Assembly: GCA_045580645.1 (NCBI GenBank)
Contig: JAZNOG010000026.1
Coordinates: forward strand, 1 to 38,890
Reading direction: 5' to 3'
Origin: Bacilli bacterium
GTDB taxonomy: Bacteria; Bacillota_I; Bacilli_A; RF39; UBA660
Length of the DNA: 38,890 bases
In this document: piece by piece, positions 18,806 through 27,837 of the stretch
How positions within the stretch are numbered: the stretch's first letter is position 1
Layout of the letters: each line of letters starts with the position of its first letter
Notes under the pieces: generated by a model
The model's database searches: none
What the model saw: only the letters and a program-made list of their open reading frames with translations
What the model was told of the DNA's origin: nothing
Program-made: the position numbers and the translations under genes

Positions 18806-20083
18806 CTACGAATAATTACTTAATAAATCTTTAAGTTCTTCTTCCTCATTTTTTTCTAATATTTGTTTTTCAATAGTTTGATTAAACCAATCAGGAAGCA
18901 TTTCTTTATTCTTAACCTTTAAAGTAGAAGTCCCCTTCTTAACTTTTTTATGTTCCTTAATACAAGCATTCATTGCTTCTTCCACTGTTTCAATACCAAG
19001 TCTTTTCCAATGACTTGCAATAGTCTCCACATATGCTTTATTTAATTTTTGATTATTAACCCTTAAAACATAATCAAGTAAAACATTAACTACTCCAGGC
19101 ATTAACTTTAAATCAACTAGTAATTCCTCAAGTAAATTTATATCTCTTTGAAGAAGCTTTCCATCTTTATATTTACTTCTTAAAAAAGAAGTAGGATTGG
19201 TATTCTCAAAAGTCCATATCATTTTAGCCCTAGGAGAAGAATCCCCAAGTGGTGTTTTTAAATATTCTGGTTGCTTCATATTTATAAGTGTAGGAAGCTT
19301 TCCACTATTTTCGAATTGATAATAACTCCTAGCAGTTTTTCTTAAACATTCCTTATCAATAAAGCCCTTTTCGTTTATACAAGATTTTATCATCCCTTGC
19401 ATAGTCAAAACATCTATATCATATATATAACACAAACTATTTATTAAAGACCTAACATCCTTATTAAAAGTCCTCTCAGTAATATAAGAAGAAGAAATAC
19501 CTGATATTAAAAGTTCAAAATCAACTTCATTTTTAAACTTAATTTCCCCTTTTTCTTTAATCCTTATATTATCATTTTGAAAAAACGAAATACCAGGAAC
19601 ACTCTTAAATACCTCATCAAAAGATAAAGAAACATCTTCATAATCCTTTAAACTAATTCTAGGAACCTTATAAGATTCTACTATATTTTGATATTCCTTT
19701 TTCCCTATATTATTATATAAAACAACATTAAGTATAGGATGATTTAAAAACTCATTACTAGATAAAGGAGCATATAAAATATATATATAATTATTTATAG
19801 TATCCTTCTTAACACAAGTTTTTAAAAGTCCAACAGCTTCAAGCCTTTCTCTAGCATTTAATATTTCCTCAAGTGACATTTGCATAACACTAAGTAAATG
19901 ATGATGTGTAATAACTTCAGTCATAATTTCATTCTTTTCTAAATCATTTAATAAAGTATAATACAAAGAAACAGCCTTGTTTCCTATAATAGGTTGATAA
20001 AGATCTATTATTAACTTCTTATCAAGCTCTGATATTACATTTTTATTAACAACAACATAACTATCTGCAGGTAAAAGCATCAT
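18806..20083 (-). CDS. replication initiation / membrane attachment protein, DnaB-like (DnaD-domain family of Firmicutes)
   Basis: The N-terminus ...LDKKLIIDLYQPIIGNKAVSLYYTLL... and the C-terminal DnaD-like repeat (VLLDYVLRVNNQKLNKAYVETIASHWKRLGIETVEEAM) fit the family. Confidence 0.65.
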   Translation of the reverse strand: MMLLPADSYVVVNKNVISELDKKLIIDLYQPIIGNKAVSLYYTLLNDLEKNEIMTEVITHHHLLSVMQMSLEEILNARERLEAVGLLKTCVKKDTINNYIYILYAPLSSNEFLNHPILNVVLYNNIGKKEYQNIVESYKVPRISLKDYEDVSLSFDEVFKSVPGISFFQNDNIRIKEKGEIKFKNEVDFELLISGISSSYITERTFNKDVRSLINSLCYIYDIDVLTMQGMIKSCINEKGFIDKECLRKTARSYYQFENSGKLPTLINMKQPEYLKTPLGDSSPRAKMIWTFENTNPTSFLRSKYKDGKLLQRDINLLEELLVDLKLMPGVVNVLLDYVLRVNNQKLNKAYVETIASHWKRLGIETVEEAMNACIKEHKKVKKGTSTLKVKNKEMLPDWFNQTIEKQILEKNEEEELKDLLSNYS

Positions 20084-20171
20084 ATCACCACCATTTACAA
20101 ATATTATACAATAAGGCCTTTAAAAAAACAACCAGGCTCAATCACCAAGTTGCTTAAAATTATATATATAC

Positions 20172-21251
20172 TTATAATTGTTCAACAAAAGTATCATATA
20201 TTCTAATATACCTATATGTTATCCTATTAGTTCCCTCTTTTTTCTCTTTTATAACTACATTAAGTTCTATCAATTTATTTAAAATATTTAAAATAGAATT
20301 TATATGAACATTAAGTTCATCAGCCATTTCTTGCGCTGTAAACACTATTTTTTTCATCATTAAAGGATGCATTTTTAGAACAATACTTCCTTTTATATTT
20401 TGTTTTATTGTTTCCTCATCTTCATTATAAACCCTATTGATTTTTTCTATTCTGCCAATATTTCTCGTGCATTGGTCAATAACACATTGTAAGAAAAATC
20501 TAATAAATCCATCTATGTTACCATTTCTACATTCATTAAGTGCATTATAGTAATTAGCTTTAAATAATTCTATAATTTCTGATAAAAATAATATTGGTTC
20601 ATCATCTTTTAATTTAGCAAGTTGTAATGTCATTAAAGCTCTTCCCATTCTTCCGTTTCCATCTTTATATGGATGAATAGATTCAAATTGAACATGAGAG
20701 ATTGCCACTTTAATAAAAGATTCTTCATCATATAAATTATTCATATATTCCATTAAATTTTCTAAAAGAAAAGGCACATCTTCAGGAACTGGTGGAACAA
20801 ATGTTGCTCCTTCCTTACCAAGACCACGCAGTCCTATATAGTTTTGTATAGTTCTAATTTCTCCAGGTGATTTTTCTTCCCCTCTTACACCTGATAACAA
20901 AATTTTATGCATTGAATTGATCATATGAATACTAAAATCCTTATTTTTTAAGGTTTCATTAGCATACTCAAGCATTGATTTTAAATTTTTAACTTCCTTA
21001 ATACTATCATTAGACTCTTTAAAATTCATATAATACATATCATCTGGTGATATTTGAGTCCCCTCTATTCTAGATGATCTAGTACTTTCACCTAAAACTA
21101 AAGAATCCAAAAAATATTTTTGGTCAAATTTGAACATTTTTAATAATGATTTATATTGACCGTATTTATCATTAGCTTGACCTAACAATTTAATAGTTTC
21201 TTTATCAAGTTTATATGAAAAAGGCAACATTTTAGCTTTATATGGCTCCAT
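20172..21251 (-). CDS. Fic-family AMPylase-type protein (class II, with an intramolecular inhibitory helix) and a C-terminal winged-helix domain
   Basis: Fic motif HPYKDGNGRMGRAL. N-terminal inhibitory motif SSRIEG ((S/T)xxxE(G/N)). wHTH-like tail. Confidence 0.85.
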   Translation of the reverse strand: MEPYKAKMLPFSYKLDKETIKLLGQANDKYGQYKSLLKMFKFDQKYFLDSLVLGESTRSSRIEGTQISPDDMYYMNFKESNDSIKEVKNLKSMLEYANETLKNKDFSIHMINSMHKILLSGVRGEEKSPGEIRTIQNYIGLRGLGKEGATFVPPVPEDVPFLLENLMEYMNNLYDEESFIKVAISHVQFESIHPYKDGNGRMGRALMTLQLAKLKDDEPILFLSEIIELFKANYYNALNECRNGNIDGFIRFFLQCVIDQCTRNIGRIEKINRVYNEDEETIKQNIKGSIVLKMHPLMMKKIVFTAQEMADELNVHINSILNILNKLIELNVVIKEKKEGTNRITYRYIRIYDTFVEQL

Positions 21252-21380
21252 TTAATCACTCTCCTTAGTTATAATATATCATATTTTTGTAAAATTTATA
21301 CATTAAAATGCAAATTACTGTATATTTTACACTATATCTTAACAAATTTCAACACTTTTTTGTTTAAAATTTACACAAAC

Positions 21381-21402
21381 AAAAAAAGCAAGTATTAACA
21401 AG
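21381..21402. repeat. 22-bp direct repeat, copy 1 (AAAAAAAGCAAGTATTAACAAG)
   Basis: 21/22 identical to 24068-24089. Confidence 0.8.
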
Positions 21403-21412
21403 CTTTTCATCA

Positions 21413-21436
21413 CTAATCTTTAATTACTACAACTAA
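21413..21436. repeat. 24-bp direct repeat, copy B; a relic copy of the 3' end of the 651-aa gene
   Basis: 21/24 identical to 22068-22091. On the minus strand it reads L V V V I K D stop, against L V R V I K D stop for the real gene end. Confidence 0.7.
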
Positions 21437-21437
21437 A

Positions 21438-22043
21438 TTAATATCTTTTTCTTATTAGTTTCTTTTTATCATTTGAATCAATAACATACAGTTGTTCCCT
21501 CAAATTATTAAATATTTCTAAATTACCTTTATAACCCATAGGAGATACAGGACTTGGATGATAAATTGGTATAACTTTAATATCATTTATATAAAATTCT
21601 TTTCCAACCACTTCACTAAACTTTTTATATTTTATATTTAATACAGATTTTGTCGCAAAATCACCTAATGTTAAAACAATTTTTGGCTGAATTATTTCTA
21701 ATTGCATGCATAAAAATTTCCTACAATTATTACTACAATTACTCAAATACTTTCTATCTTTAGGAAAACATTTAATAGCTTCTAAAAAATACAAATCTTC
21801 AAGTTTTAATGAAACTATATCTAATAACCTTTGTAATACTATTCCTGAAGGTAATAATTTTCCATTAACGTCATACCAAGCAATTCCACTTTTTCGCCAA
21901 CCATTCCTTGCAGGTGCTTCACCTAATATTACAATATCATTTGCTTTACCCATAGAAACTGTATAACTATTAAGAAATTTTTCAATCATATCACCACATA
22001 AATTACAGTTATGTATTTCATTATCTATATCATCAAGTAACAT
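21438..22043 (-). CDS. uracil-DNA glycosylase superfamily protein (family 4-like)
   Basis: Motif A LGEAPARNGW and motif B PIYHPSP. N-terminal CNLC plus further Cys residues could ligate an Fe-S cluster. GGAG SD before the ATG at 22043. Confidence 0.7.
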   Translation of the reverse strand: MLLDDIDNEIHNCNLCGDMIEKFLNSYTVSMGKANDIVILGEAPARNGWRKSGIAWYDVNGKLLPSGIVLQRLLDIVSLKLEDLYFLEAIKCFPKDRKYLSNCSNNCRKFLCMQLEIIQPKIVLTLGDFATKSVLNIKYKKFSEVVGKEFYINDIKVIPIYHPSPVSPMGYKGNLEIFNNLREQLYVIDSNDKKKLIRKRY

Positions 22044-22067
22044 AAAAAACTCCTTTTATATTTTATA

Positions 22068-22091
22068 ATTAATCTTTAATTACTCTAACTA
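22068..22091. repeat. 24-bp direct repeat, copy A (the true 3' end of the 651-aa gene)
   Basis: See 21413-21436. Copies A and B bracket the UDG-like gene exactly. Confidence 0.7.
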
Positions 22092-24024
22092 ATGTATTAC
22101 TATCTAACTTCATCAGTTGTTCATTATAATCAATTAAACTTCTTATACTACTTTTAAACTTTAAACAAATAGAACTTATTTTCTTAACTTGTTCTTCTAC
22201 CAATAAATCACTTTCAATCACTTCATTACACTCTATTAATGTTAATTTTAAAAATTCATCTATATCACTTTTTAAACCAAAATTAGCCTTATCAATAACC
22301 TCTTTAGCATATTCAAGTGTTTCCTTAATAAAAGACTCTATAACCATATAATTAGTTAAATCACTAGATAACTTCTCATTAGTTACCTTAACTACTTCTT
22401 TATCATTCATAAGATTCTTTATATTATTTTTAATTATTTCTGTTTTTACTAATTCTATAAAACTATCCAAAGATTCATAAAAACTTTTAATTACTAAAGT
22501 CTTATCATCACTACTACATAAACTATTCTTATATTCTAAAAGTATAACTTTAAACCTTTCTAGAAAAACATCATCACCATATTCTTTTACAAATAAATAT
22601 TTTTCTCTCAATAACGAATTATTATCTTCTTCAATATTTTCTATATTTAACAGTTCACTTATAACATTAAAATTTTCTTCTATATAAATGTTTAATTCAT
22701 CAAGTAGTTTTGATAGTTCTAGTTCTAACGTTCTTTCAATATTATCTGTTTCTAAAGTAAGTTTTATACCATCACTATAATCTTGTTTAGTATAACCACT
22801 ATATTTATTTAAAATAACAAGTAACTTATCTTTAAAAAGATTGCTACTTTGTTCATCAAGTTTTTCTAAAATCAAAGCTATATCAACAACAGTAGAAAAT
22901 ACACCATCTTTATTTTCTAAACTATTAAGGAAACTAATTGACTTACTAACTTTATTACTAAAATCAGATGTCCTAAAAGAAATATTTAACAAAAGCAAAT
23001 TTAAACTAGATATAAAATTACCTCTAACTTGAAGTAAAGAATTAGGACTTAAAGATAAAGAAGTATCCCTATCATATGTAGGTTTTACACTTTTAACACC
23101 TTCTTGATAAGTTCTTTTAATTTCTTCTAATTTTTCTAAATATATTTGTCGTTCTTCTTCCTTTAAATTTTGGGTTAAACCAAGTATTTTATTCACTAAC
23201 TTTTGTTCTTCCGATAATTCTTTATTTTCAATAACATTTATTTTAACTTCATTTGCAACAATGTTATGCACAAAATGCCTATCAATAAATTTTTTTATAG
23301 TAGAACTATTAAATTTACCATTATATGTATGGCTATCATTAAAACAAACAGATGAAAATAACAATTTTTTTGTAAGCGCAATATCATTTTTCTCATCTAT
23401 CAAATATTCTATTGGCTCCACTTTAACCCAATAATGTTCATTTTTTCTTATTTTTCTACCATCTGATAAAATTCTTCCCTTCATATAATATTTACCCAAT
23501 ACAAAAACATATTTATCCCCATCATACTCATATTCATAGTATTCTTTTGTATCAATATTATAAATTTTCCCTGTTAATTTTAAAGTATTATTTTTAAGAT
23601 TTTTAGTTAATTTTCTTGATAATTTTTTATCAACAATTGTCTGTGGATATTCATCACATAAAACCTCAAAAACCTCTGTACCAATTCTTGATTTAATAAA
23701 GCACATAGAAGAAATTGATGAATAAGAAGTACAAAGTCGATAATTTAAATTAGGATAATCTAGTAGTGAAGATATATACTTTATCCCTTTTTCAGTAACT
23801 GTAAAAACACTATCGGTAAAAACTTCATGATTAGTCTTAGTCCACCACCAACCAGCACCTTTTTTTAACCCCGTTTTGTTATCAATATATTCATAAGGAA
23901 TGTAACTACCACCCAAAAGAATAGCAAAATCTGTTATTTCTGCTTTTGTCCCTATTCTTTTAAACATATCAAGACAATCTTTACCCCATATTTGATCTTT
24001 TTCTAATAAAGTAAATTCTCTCAT
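22069..24024 (-). CDS. large hypothetical protein (651 aa): N-terminal ~230-aa globular domain plus a long helical, repeat-like C-terminal region
   Basis: The N-terminal domain has GAGWWWTKT and VEPIEYLIDEKNDIALTKKLLF, which from memory resemble DUF6273-type domains. The remainder is E/K/L/N-rich and predicted helical. Possible promoter TTGCTT-17-TATAAT (-10 at 24050-24055). Confidence 0.5.
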   Translation of the reverse strand: MREFTLLEKDQIWGKDCLDMFKRIGTKAEITDFAILLGGSYIPYEYIDNKTGLKKGAGWWWTKTNHEVFTDSVFTVTEKGIKYISSLLDYPNLNYRLCTSYSSISSMCFIKSRIGTEVFEVLCDEYPQTIVDKKLSRKLTKNLKNNTLKLTGKIYNIDTKEYYEYEYDGDKYVFVLGKYYMKGRILSDGRKIRKNEHYWVKVEPIEYLIDEKNDIALTKKLLFSSVCFNDSHTYNGKFNSSTIKKFIDRHFVHNIVANEVKINVIENKELSEEQKLVNKILGLTQNLKEEERQIYLEKLEEIKRTYQEGVKSVKPTYDRDTSLSLSPNSLLQVRGNFISSLNLLLLNISFRTSDFSNKVSKSISFLNSLENKDGVFSTVVDIALILEKLDEQSSNLFKDKLLVILNKYSGYTKQDYSDGIKLTLETDNIERTLELELSKLLDELNIYIEENFNVISELLNIENIEEDNNSLLREKYLFVKEYGDDVFLERFKVILLEYKNSLCSSDDKTLVIKSFYESLDSFIELVKTEIIKNNIKNLMNDKEVVKVTNEKLSSDLTNYMVIESFIKETLEYAKEVIDKANFGLKSDIDEFLKLTLIECNEVIESDLLVEEQVKKISSICLKFKSSIRSLIDYNEQLMKLDSNTLVRVIKD

Positions 24025-24067
24025 ATAAAGCCCCCTTAAATTGCCCTATATTATATAACAATACAAT

Positions 24068-24089
24068 AAAAAAAGCAAGTATCAACAAG
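24068..24089. repeat. 22-bp direct repeat, copy 2 (AAAAAAAGCAAGTATCAACAAG)
   Basis: 21/22 identical to 21381-21402. Overlaps the stop codon of the 24082-24552 gene. Confidence 0.8.
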
Positions 24090-24552
24090 TCTTAACAACT
24101 AGTTTTAACTTACCCTTTATTTCCTCTAACTTATCCCCATAAATAACTTCATAAAAATCACTTAATAAACATATAACTTCTTCACTTATTTCATCTATAT
24201 CAACATAATAATTATCTTTATAATAATAAACATTATACTTATCAATTAAAAAATAATCATTAAACTTTAAATAAATCTTAGAATCCTTGACAATCTTAAG
24301 TTTTAAATCCACTAAATCAGGAAAAAAATCTAAATCACTTTCTTTATTTACTTCTAATATAAAACCATATTTTTCATTACTATAAAATAAACAATCATAA
24401 AAACCACATATATTTTTTAAAAACTTTCTTTTTATATAAAGAAGCATTTTTTTAACTTTTTTCTCTATTTCTTCTTTACTTATTTCTAAAATATTAAATT
24501 TATCTTTAATATTATATATTATAAATCCATCATCATTATAAGTAACTTTCAT
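24082..24552 (-). CDS. hypothetical protein, weakly MecA-adaptor-like
   Basis: ~156 aa. The N-terminal MKVTYNDDGFIIY and C-terminal YYYKDNYYVDIDE...LSDFYEVIYGDKLEE recall the MecA layout (YYLYVDF...LLEY...LEEYGK). This is recollection only. Start at the ATG at 24552 after GGGTGA. Confidence 0.3.
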   Translation of the reverse strand: MKVTYNDDGFIIYNIKDKFNILEISKEEIEKKVKKMLLYIKRKFLKNICGFYDCLFYSNEKYGFILEVNKESDLDFFPDLVDLKLKIVKDSKIYLKFNDYFLIDKYNVYYYKDNYYVDIDEISEEVICLLSDFYEVIYGDKLEEIKGKLKLVVKTC

Positions 24553-24586
24553 ACATTCACCCACAATTTATTGTATGAAAAAAGGT

Positions 24587-25180
24587 CTATAAAGTTTCAA
24601 AAACTAGACCTTCTATTTCTTTTAATATATCTTCTCTTCCTTCTTTTGTTACATTAGATAATACTATAAAAGAATCATCTTTTTCTAAATCTAAAGTTTT
24701 AAGTATTAACTCTTTAGCTTTAGCTCTTTTAGAATTAGGAACCTTATCAGCTTTAGTTGCCACAATTGTAACAGGTAACTGATAATATTTTAAAAACTTA
24801 TACATTAAAACATCATCTTCACTAGGTTTATGTCTTAAATCAACAAGCATATAAGTTCTTTTTAAATTTTCTCTTTTTTCTAAGTATTCTTCAATCATAA
24901 GACCAAATTTCTTTTGTTCCTTTTTACTTACATTAGCGTATCCATATCCTGGAACATCAACAAAATAAAATTCCTTATTTAAAAGATAAAAATTTAAATT
25001 ACGTGTTTTCCCTGGAGTATTAGATACACGAGCCATTTTTTTATTATTAGTAATTGTATTTATAAAACTACTTTTACCAACATTACTTCTACCCACTAAC
25101 ATAAACTCAGGTAAATTATCAGTCGGATATTGACTTCTCCTTACAGCACTTATAATAAGTCCAGCACTTGTAATTTTCAT
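24587..25180 (-). CDS. engB: ribosome-biogenesis GTPase EngB (YsxC/YihA)
   Basis: GRSNVGKSSFIN P-loop, DVPGYGYA, TKADK; ~197 aa. Confidence 0.95.
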   Translation of the reverse strand: MKITSAGLIISAVRRSQYPTDNLPEFMLVGRSNVGKSSFINTITNNKKMARVSNTPGKTRNLNFYLLNKEFYFVDVPGYGYANVSKKEQKKFGLMIEEYLEKRENLKRTYMLVDLRHKPSEDDVLMYKFLKYYQLPVTIVATKADKVPNSKRAKAKELILKTLDLEKDDSFIVLSNVTKEGREDILKEIEGLVFETL

Positions 25181-25182
25181 CC

Positions 25183-26148
25183 TTAATCACTACTTTCTAT
25201 ATATTTTTTACATAAATTATCTAAATCTTTAACCAAAAACTCTAGTTCTTCAAAAGAAGGAATCTTTGCGCCACTAGCTAATTTATGTCCTCCACCATTA
25301 TATTTTTCGGCGATCTTATTTATTACAGGACCTCTGGAACGCATAGATATTTTTATACAACTATTTTTAACATCTTCCATCGCAGTTATCCAAACAAGTA
25401 GTTCATCTGTATAGTTAAACTCATTTATTAAACTACCAGTAGAAACTGTATCAAGTTGATACTTACTAATAACATCATTAGATACTTTAACATACCCTAC
25501 ACCATTATCAGTAATTTTCATATTTTGAATCATATAAGCAAATAACATAAGTTCAGAAAAAGGTCTTCTATATAAATCAGCATAAGAATCTGTAATATCA
25601 AAATTAGCCTTATCAAGCATCTTAGATACATTTAAAAATGTCTTTGAAGTTGAATTATTAAACAAAAATCTATTAGTATCAGATACCATACCAGTATATA
25701 AAATTCTAGCAATATCTTCATCTAAAACAAGTTTCGTATTGTCAATAAGTTCAAAAATCATTTCAGATGCACTAGATTTATTATCATCAATAAATTCCAT
25801 ATCACAAAAAGTTTCTATAAACGGATGATGATCTATTTTTATACTAAAATCATATTTAAATTCATCCATATCTACCCTTTTTCTATCTGGAGTATCAACT
25901 ACTATTAAAAGAACTTTGTCTTCTTCCTTAAAAACAGGTAATTTATCAAGTTTTCCTAAATAATTAAATCTAACTGTTCCATTTCCAACAGCGTACACAT
26001 TTTTATTAGGAAAAGTTTTTCTAATTGAATCCCTAAGTCCAACTTGACTTGCCATAGCATCAGGATCAATACTAACATGTCTTGCTATAACAATATTATC
26101 AAAATTTTTAATTGCCTTATATATTTGCTTATACATAACATCATCCAT
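25183..26148 (-). CDS. nrnA: DHH/DHHA1 phosphoesterase, NrnA-like oligoribonuclease/pAp phosphatase
   Basis: DPDAMAS, VVDTPD, IDHHP and GGGHKLASGA motifs; ~320 aa. Confidence 0.85.
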   Translation of the reverse strand: MDDVMYKQIYKAIKNFDNIVIARHVSIDPDAMASQVGLRDSIRKTFPNKNVYAVGNGTVRFNYLGKLDKLPVFKEEDKVLLIVVDTPDRKRVDMDEFKYDFSIKIDHHPFIETFCDMEFIDDNKSSASEMIFELIDNTKLVLDEDIARILYTGMVSDTNRFLFNNSTSKTFLNVSKMLDKANFDITDSYADLYRRPFSELMLFAYMIQNMKITDNGVGYVKVSNDVISKYQLDTVSTGSLINEFNYTDELLVWITAMEDVKNSCIKISMRSRGPVINKIAEKYNGGGHKLASGAKIPSFEELEFLVKDLDNLCKKYIESSD

Positions 26149-26160
26149 TCTATTCTTTAA

Positions 26161-27342
26161 TTATTTAGTAATAAAACTATAAGCATCTCTAGCTATTACA
26201 ACTTCTTCATCTGTTGGAATAACATATACTAAAACGCTTGAATCATCACTAGAAATTTGTGCTTCAACACCACGAATATTATTTCTTTCTTCATCTAATT
26301 TAATTCCTAAACAAGCAAGTCTTTTTACTATTTCATTTCTTACATATTTAGAATTTTCTAAAGTTCCAGCAGTCATAACAATTGCTTCACATCCACCTAA
26401 AAGAACATAATATTTAGCAATATATTCTACTATTCTTCTAACATAAATATTAAGTGCTAAAGCGCATCTTTCATTTCCTTCTAAAATACCAGCTTCAATG
26501 TCACGACAATCGCTACTGATACCACTAACACCTAAAAGTCCTCCATTTTTATTTAGAGCATTATCTACTTCCTTAGCGCTCATTCCTGTACAACTTGAAA
26601 TATAAGATACTATTGATGCATCAATATCCCCAGAACGAGAACCCATCATAATACCAGCATTTGGTGTAAATCCCATAGATGTATCAATACATTTACCATT
26701 TAATACAGCACTAATACTTCCACCATTTCCAACATGACAAGTAATAAGTTTAGTATCAGTCTTACCTAAAATTTCATTCATTCTTTCTGATACATATTTA
26801 TGACTTGTTCCATGGAAACCATATTTACGAACACTATATTTTTCATACCATTCATAACTTACTGGATAAATAAATGCTTCTTCATCCATTGTTTGATGAA
26901 ATGCAGTATCAAAAACCGCAACCTCTATAGCATTTGGAATAATACTTTCAAATGCTTCAATTCCTATCAAATTAGCAGGATTATGAAGTGGTGCAAGTGG
27001 TGTAAGTTCTCTTAAAACATCTTTTACATCTTCTGTAATAACAACAGATGAAGCATACTTACTTCCACCATGAACTACTCTATGACCTACGCCTTCTATT
27101 TCACTTAAATCTTTTACAACACCATAATTAACTAATTCTTCAGTTAAAATTCTAACTGCATCCTTATGGTTTTCTAAAAGAACTTCCTTTTTAATCTTTT
27201 CTCCATTAAATTTAATTGTGTAAAAACTACCTTCAATTCCTATTCTTTCAAACACACCAGAAATTAAAACTTTTTCCTCTGGCATTTCATATGCTTGAAA
27301 TTTTAAAGAAGAACTTCCAGCATTTACTGATAAAATTTTCAT
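26161..27342 (-). CDS. ackA: acetate kinase
   Basis: MKILSVNAGSSSLKFQ start, HRVVHGG, and the GFHGTSH...HVGNGGS signature. Start at the ATG at 27342 after AGGAGG; the track's 19-aa extension is rejected. Confidence 0.95.
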   Translation of the reverse strand: MKILSVNAGSSSLKFQAYEMPEEKVLISGVFERIGIEGSFYTIKFNGEKIKKEVLLENHKDAVRILTEELVNYGVVKDLSEIEGVGHRVVHGGSKYASSVVITEDVKDVLRELTPLAPLHNPANLIGIEAFESIIPNAIEVAVFDTAFHQTMDEEAFIYPVSYEWYEKYSVRKYGFHGTSHKYVSERMNEILGKTDTKLITCHVGNGGSISAVLNGKCIDTSMGFTPNAGIMMGSRSGDIDASIVSYISSCTGMSAKEVDNALNKNGGLLGVSGISSDCRDIEAGILEGNERCALALNIYVRRIVEYIAKYYVLLGGCEAIVMTAGTLENSKYVRNEIVKRLACLGIKLDEERNNIRGVEAQISSDDSSVLVYVIPTDEEVVIARDAYSFITK

Positions 27343-27469
27343 ATTTCTTCCTCCTATAACTAAACATATGATACCACAAATAAAATAATTTTTCCACAAA
27401 AATTAAAATTTGAAAAAAATAACCTTAATTTTTGAATATTTCACAAAACAATAAATATACATTTTTTAA

Positions 27470-27517
27470 GAATTTCGTTGTGCACTTTTCAAAAGAATTG
27501 TTGTGCACTTTTCAAAA
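27470..27517. repeat. tandem direct repeat (25 + 23 bp) in the ackA upstream region
   Basis: GAATTTCGTTGTGCACTTTTCAAAA / GAATTGTTGTGCACTTTTCAAAA. The 18-nt cores at 27477-27494 and 27500-27517 are identical, 23 bp apart. Confidence 0.85.
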
Positions 27518-27552
27518 AACAAAAATTATTTTCACACACAAAAAGTTATATT

Positions 27553-27586
27553 CAAAAAAAGACGGAACAACATAGCGTTCCATCTT
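27553..27586 (-). terminator. intrinsic terminator of the SASP gene
   Basis: Minus strand AGAUGGAAC-loop-GUUCCGUCU (9 bp including one G.U), followed by 7 U. Confidence 0.7.
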
Positions 27587-27604
27587 TTTCATAATCTATT
27601 TCAA

Positions 27605-27814
27605 TTATTTATTACTATATCCACTTAATTGAGACATTCCTCTTTCAACTAAACGTTTAGTAATTTCTCCACCTACTGAACCATTAGCTCTAGAAGTTGT
27701 ATCTGGTCCTAAAGTAACACCAAATTCTCTAGCTATTTCATATTTCATTGAATCGATAGCTTGTCTAGCTCCTGGAACTACTAGTTTATTACTATTATTT
27801 GATTGGTTAGCCAT
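27605..27814 (-). CDS. small acid-soluble spore protein, alpha/beta type
   Basis: The signature [31 protein letters not shown] is diagnostic. Start at the ATG at 27814 after AGGAGGTG. Confidence 0.95.
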   Translation of the reverse strand: MANQSNNSNKLVVPGARQAIDSMKYEIAREFGVTLGPDTTSRANGSVGGEITKRLVERGMSQLSGYSNK

Positions 27815-27837
27815 TGTTTTCACCTCCTATGCATTAA

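Noticed and set aside
21381-21420. A 23-codon hydrophobic mini-ORF on the minus strand (MKSLLILAFFVCVNFKQKSVEIC) spanning repeat copy 1, considered as a small toxin or peptide.
   Set aside because: It has no SD, lies in a repeat-relic region and is very short. This is insufficient evidence.
20172-24564. The Fic / UDG-like / 651-aa block as a classical mobile element (prophage, ICE or IS).
   Set aside because: There is no integrase, transposase, recombinase, tRNA attachment site or terminal inverted repeats in or near the block. Only short direct repeats are present, and these are reported as a finding.
26161-27399. Track-predicted long N-termini or GTG/TTG starts for ackA, tig, der, the SASP gene, lspA, ylmC, the RDD protein, the LysM protein, the radical SAM gene and others.
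   Set aside because: In each case a downstream ATG is preceded at 4-9 nt by GGAGG/GGTGA-type SD sequences and restores the canonical family N-terminus (for example MKILSVNAGSSSLKF for AckA).
27470-27517. The tandem repeat as a CRISPR array or as a CcpA cre site.
   Set aside because: There are only two abutting copies, with no spacers and no cas genes. Alignment to the cre consensus (WTGNAANCGNWNNCW) fails at the central CG.
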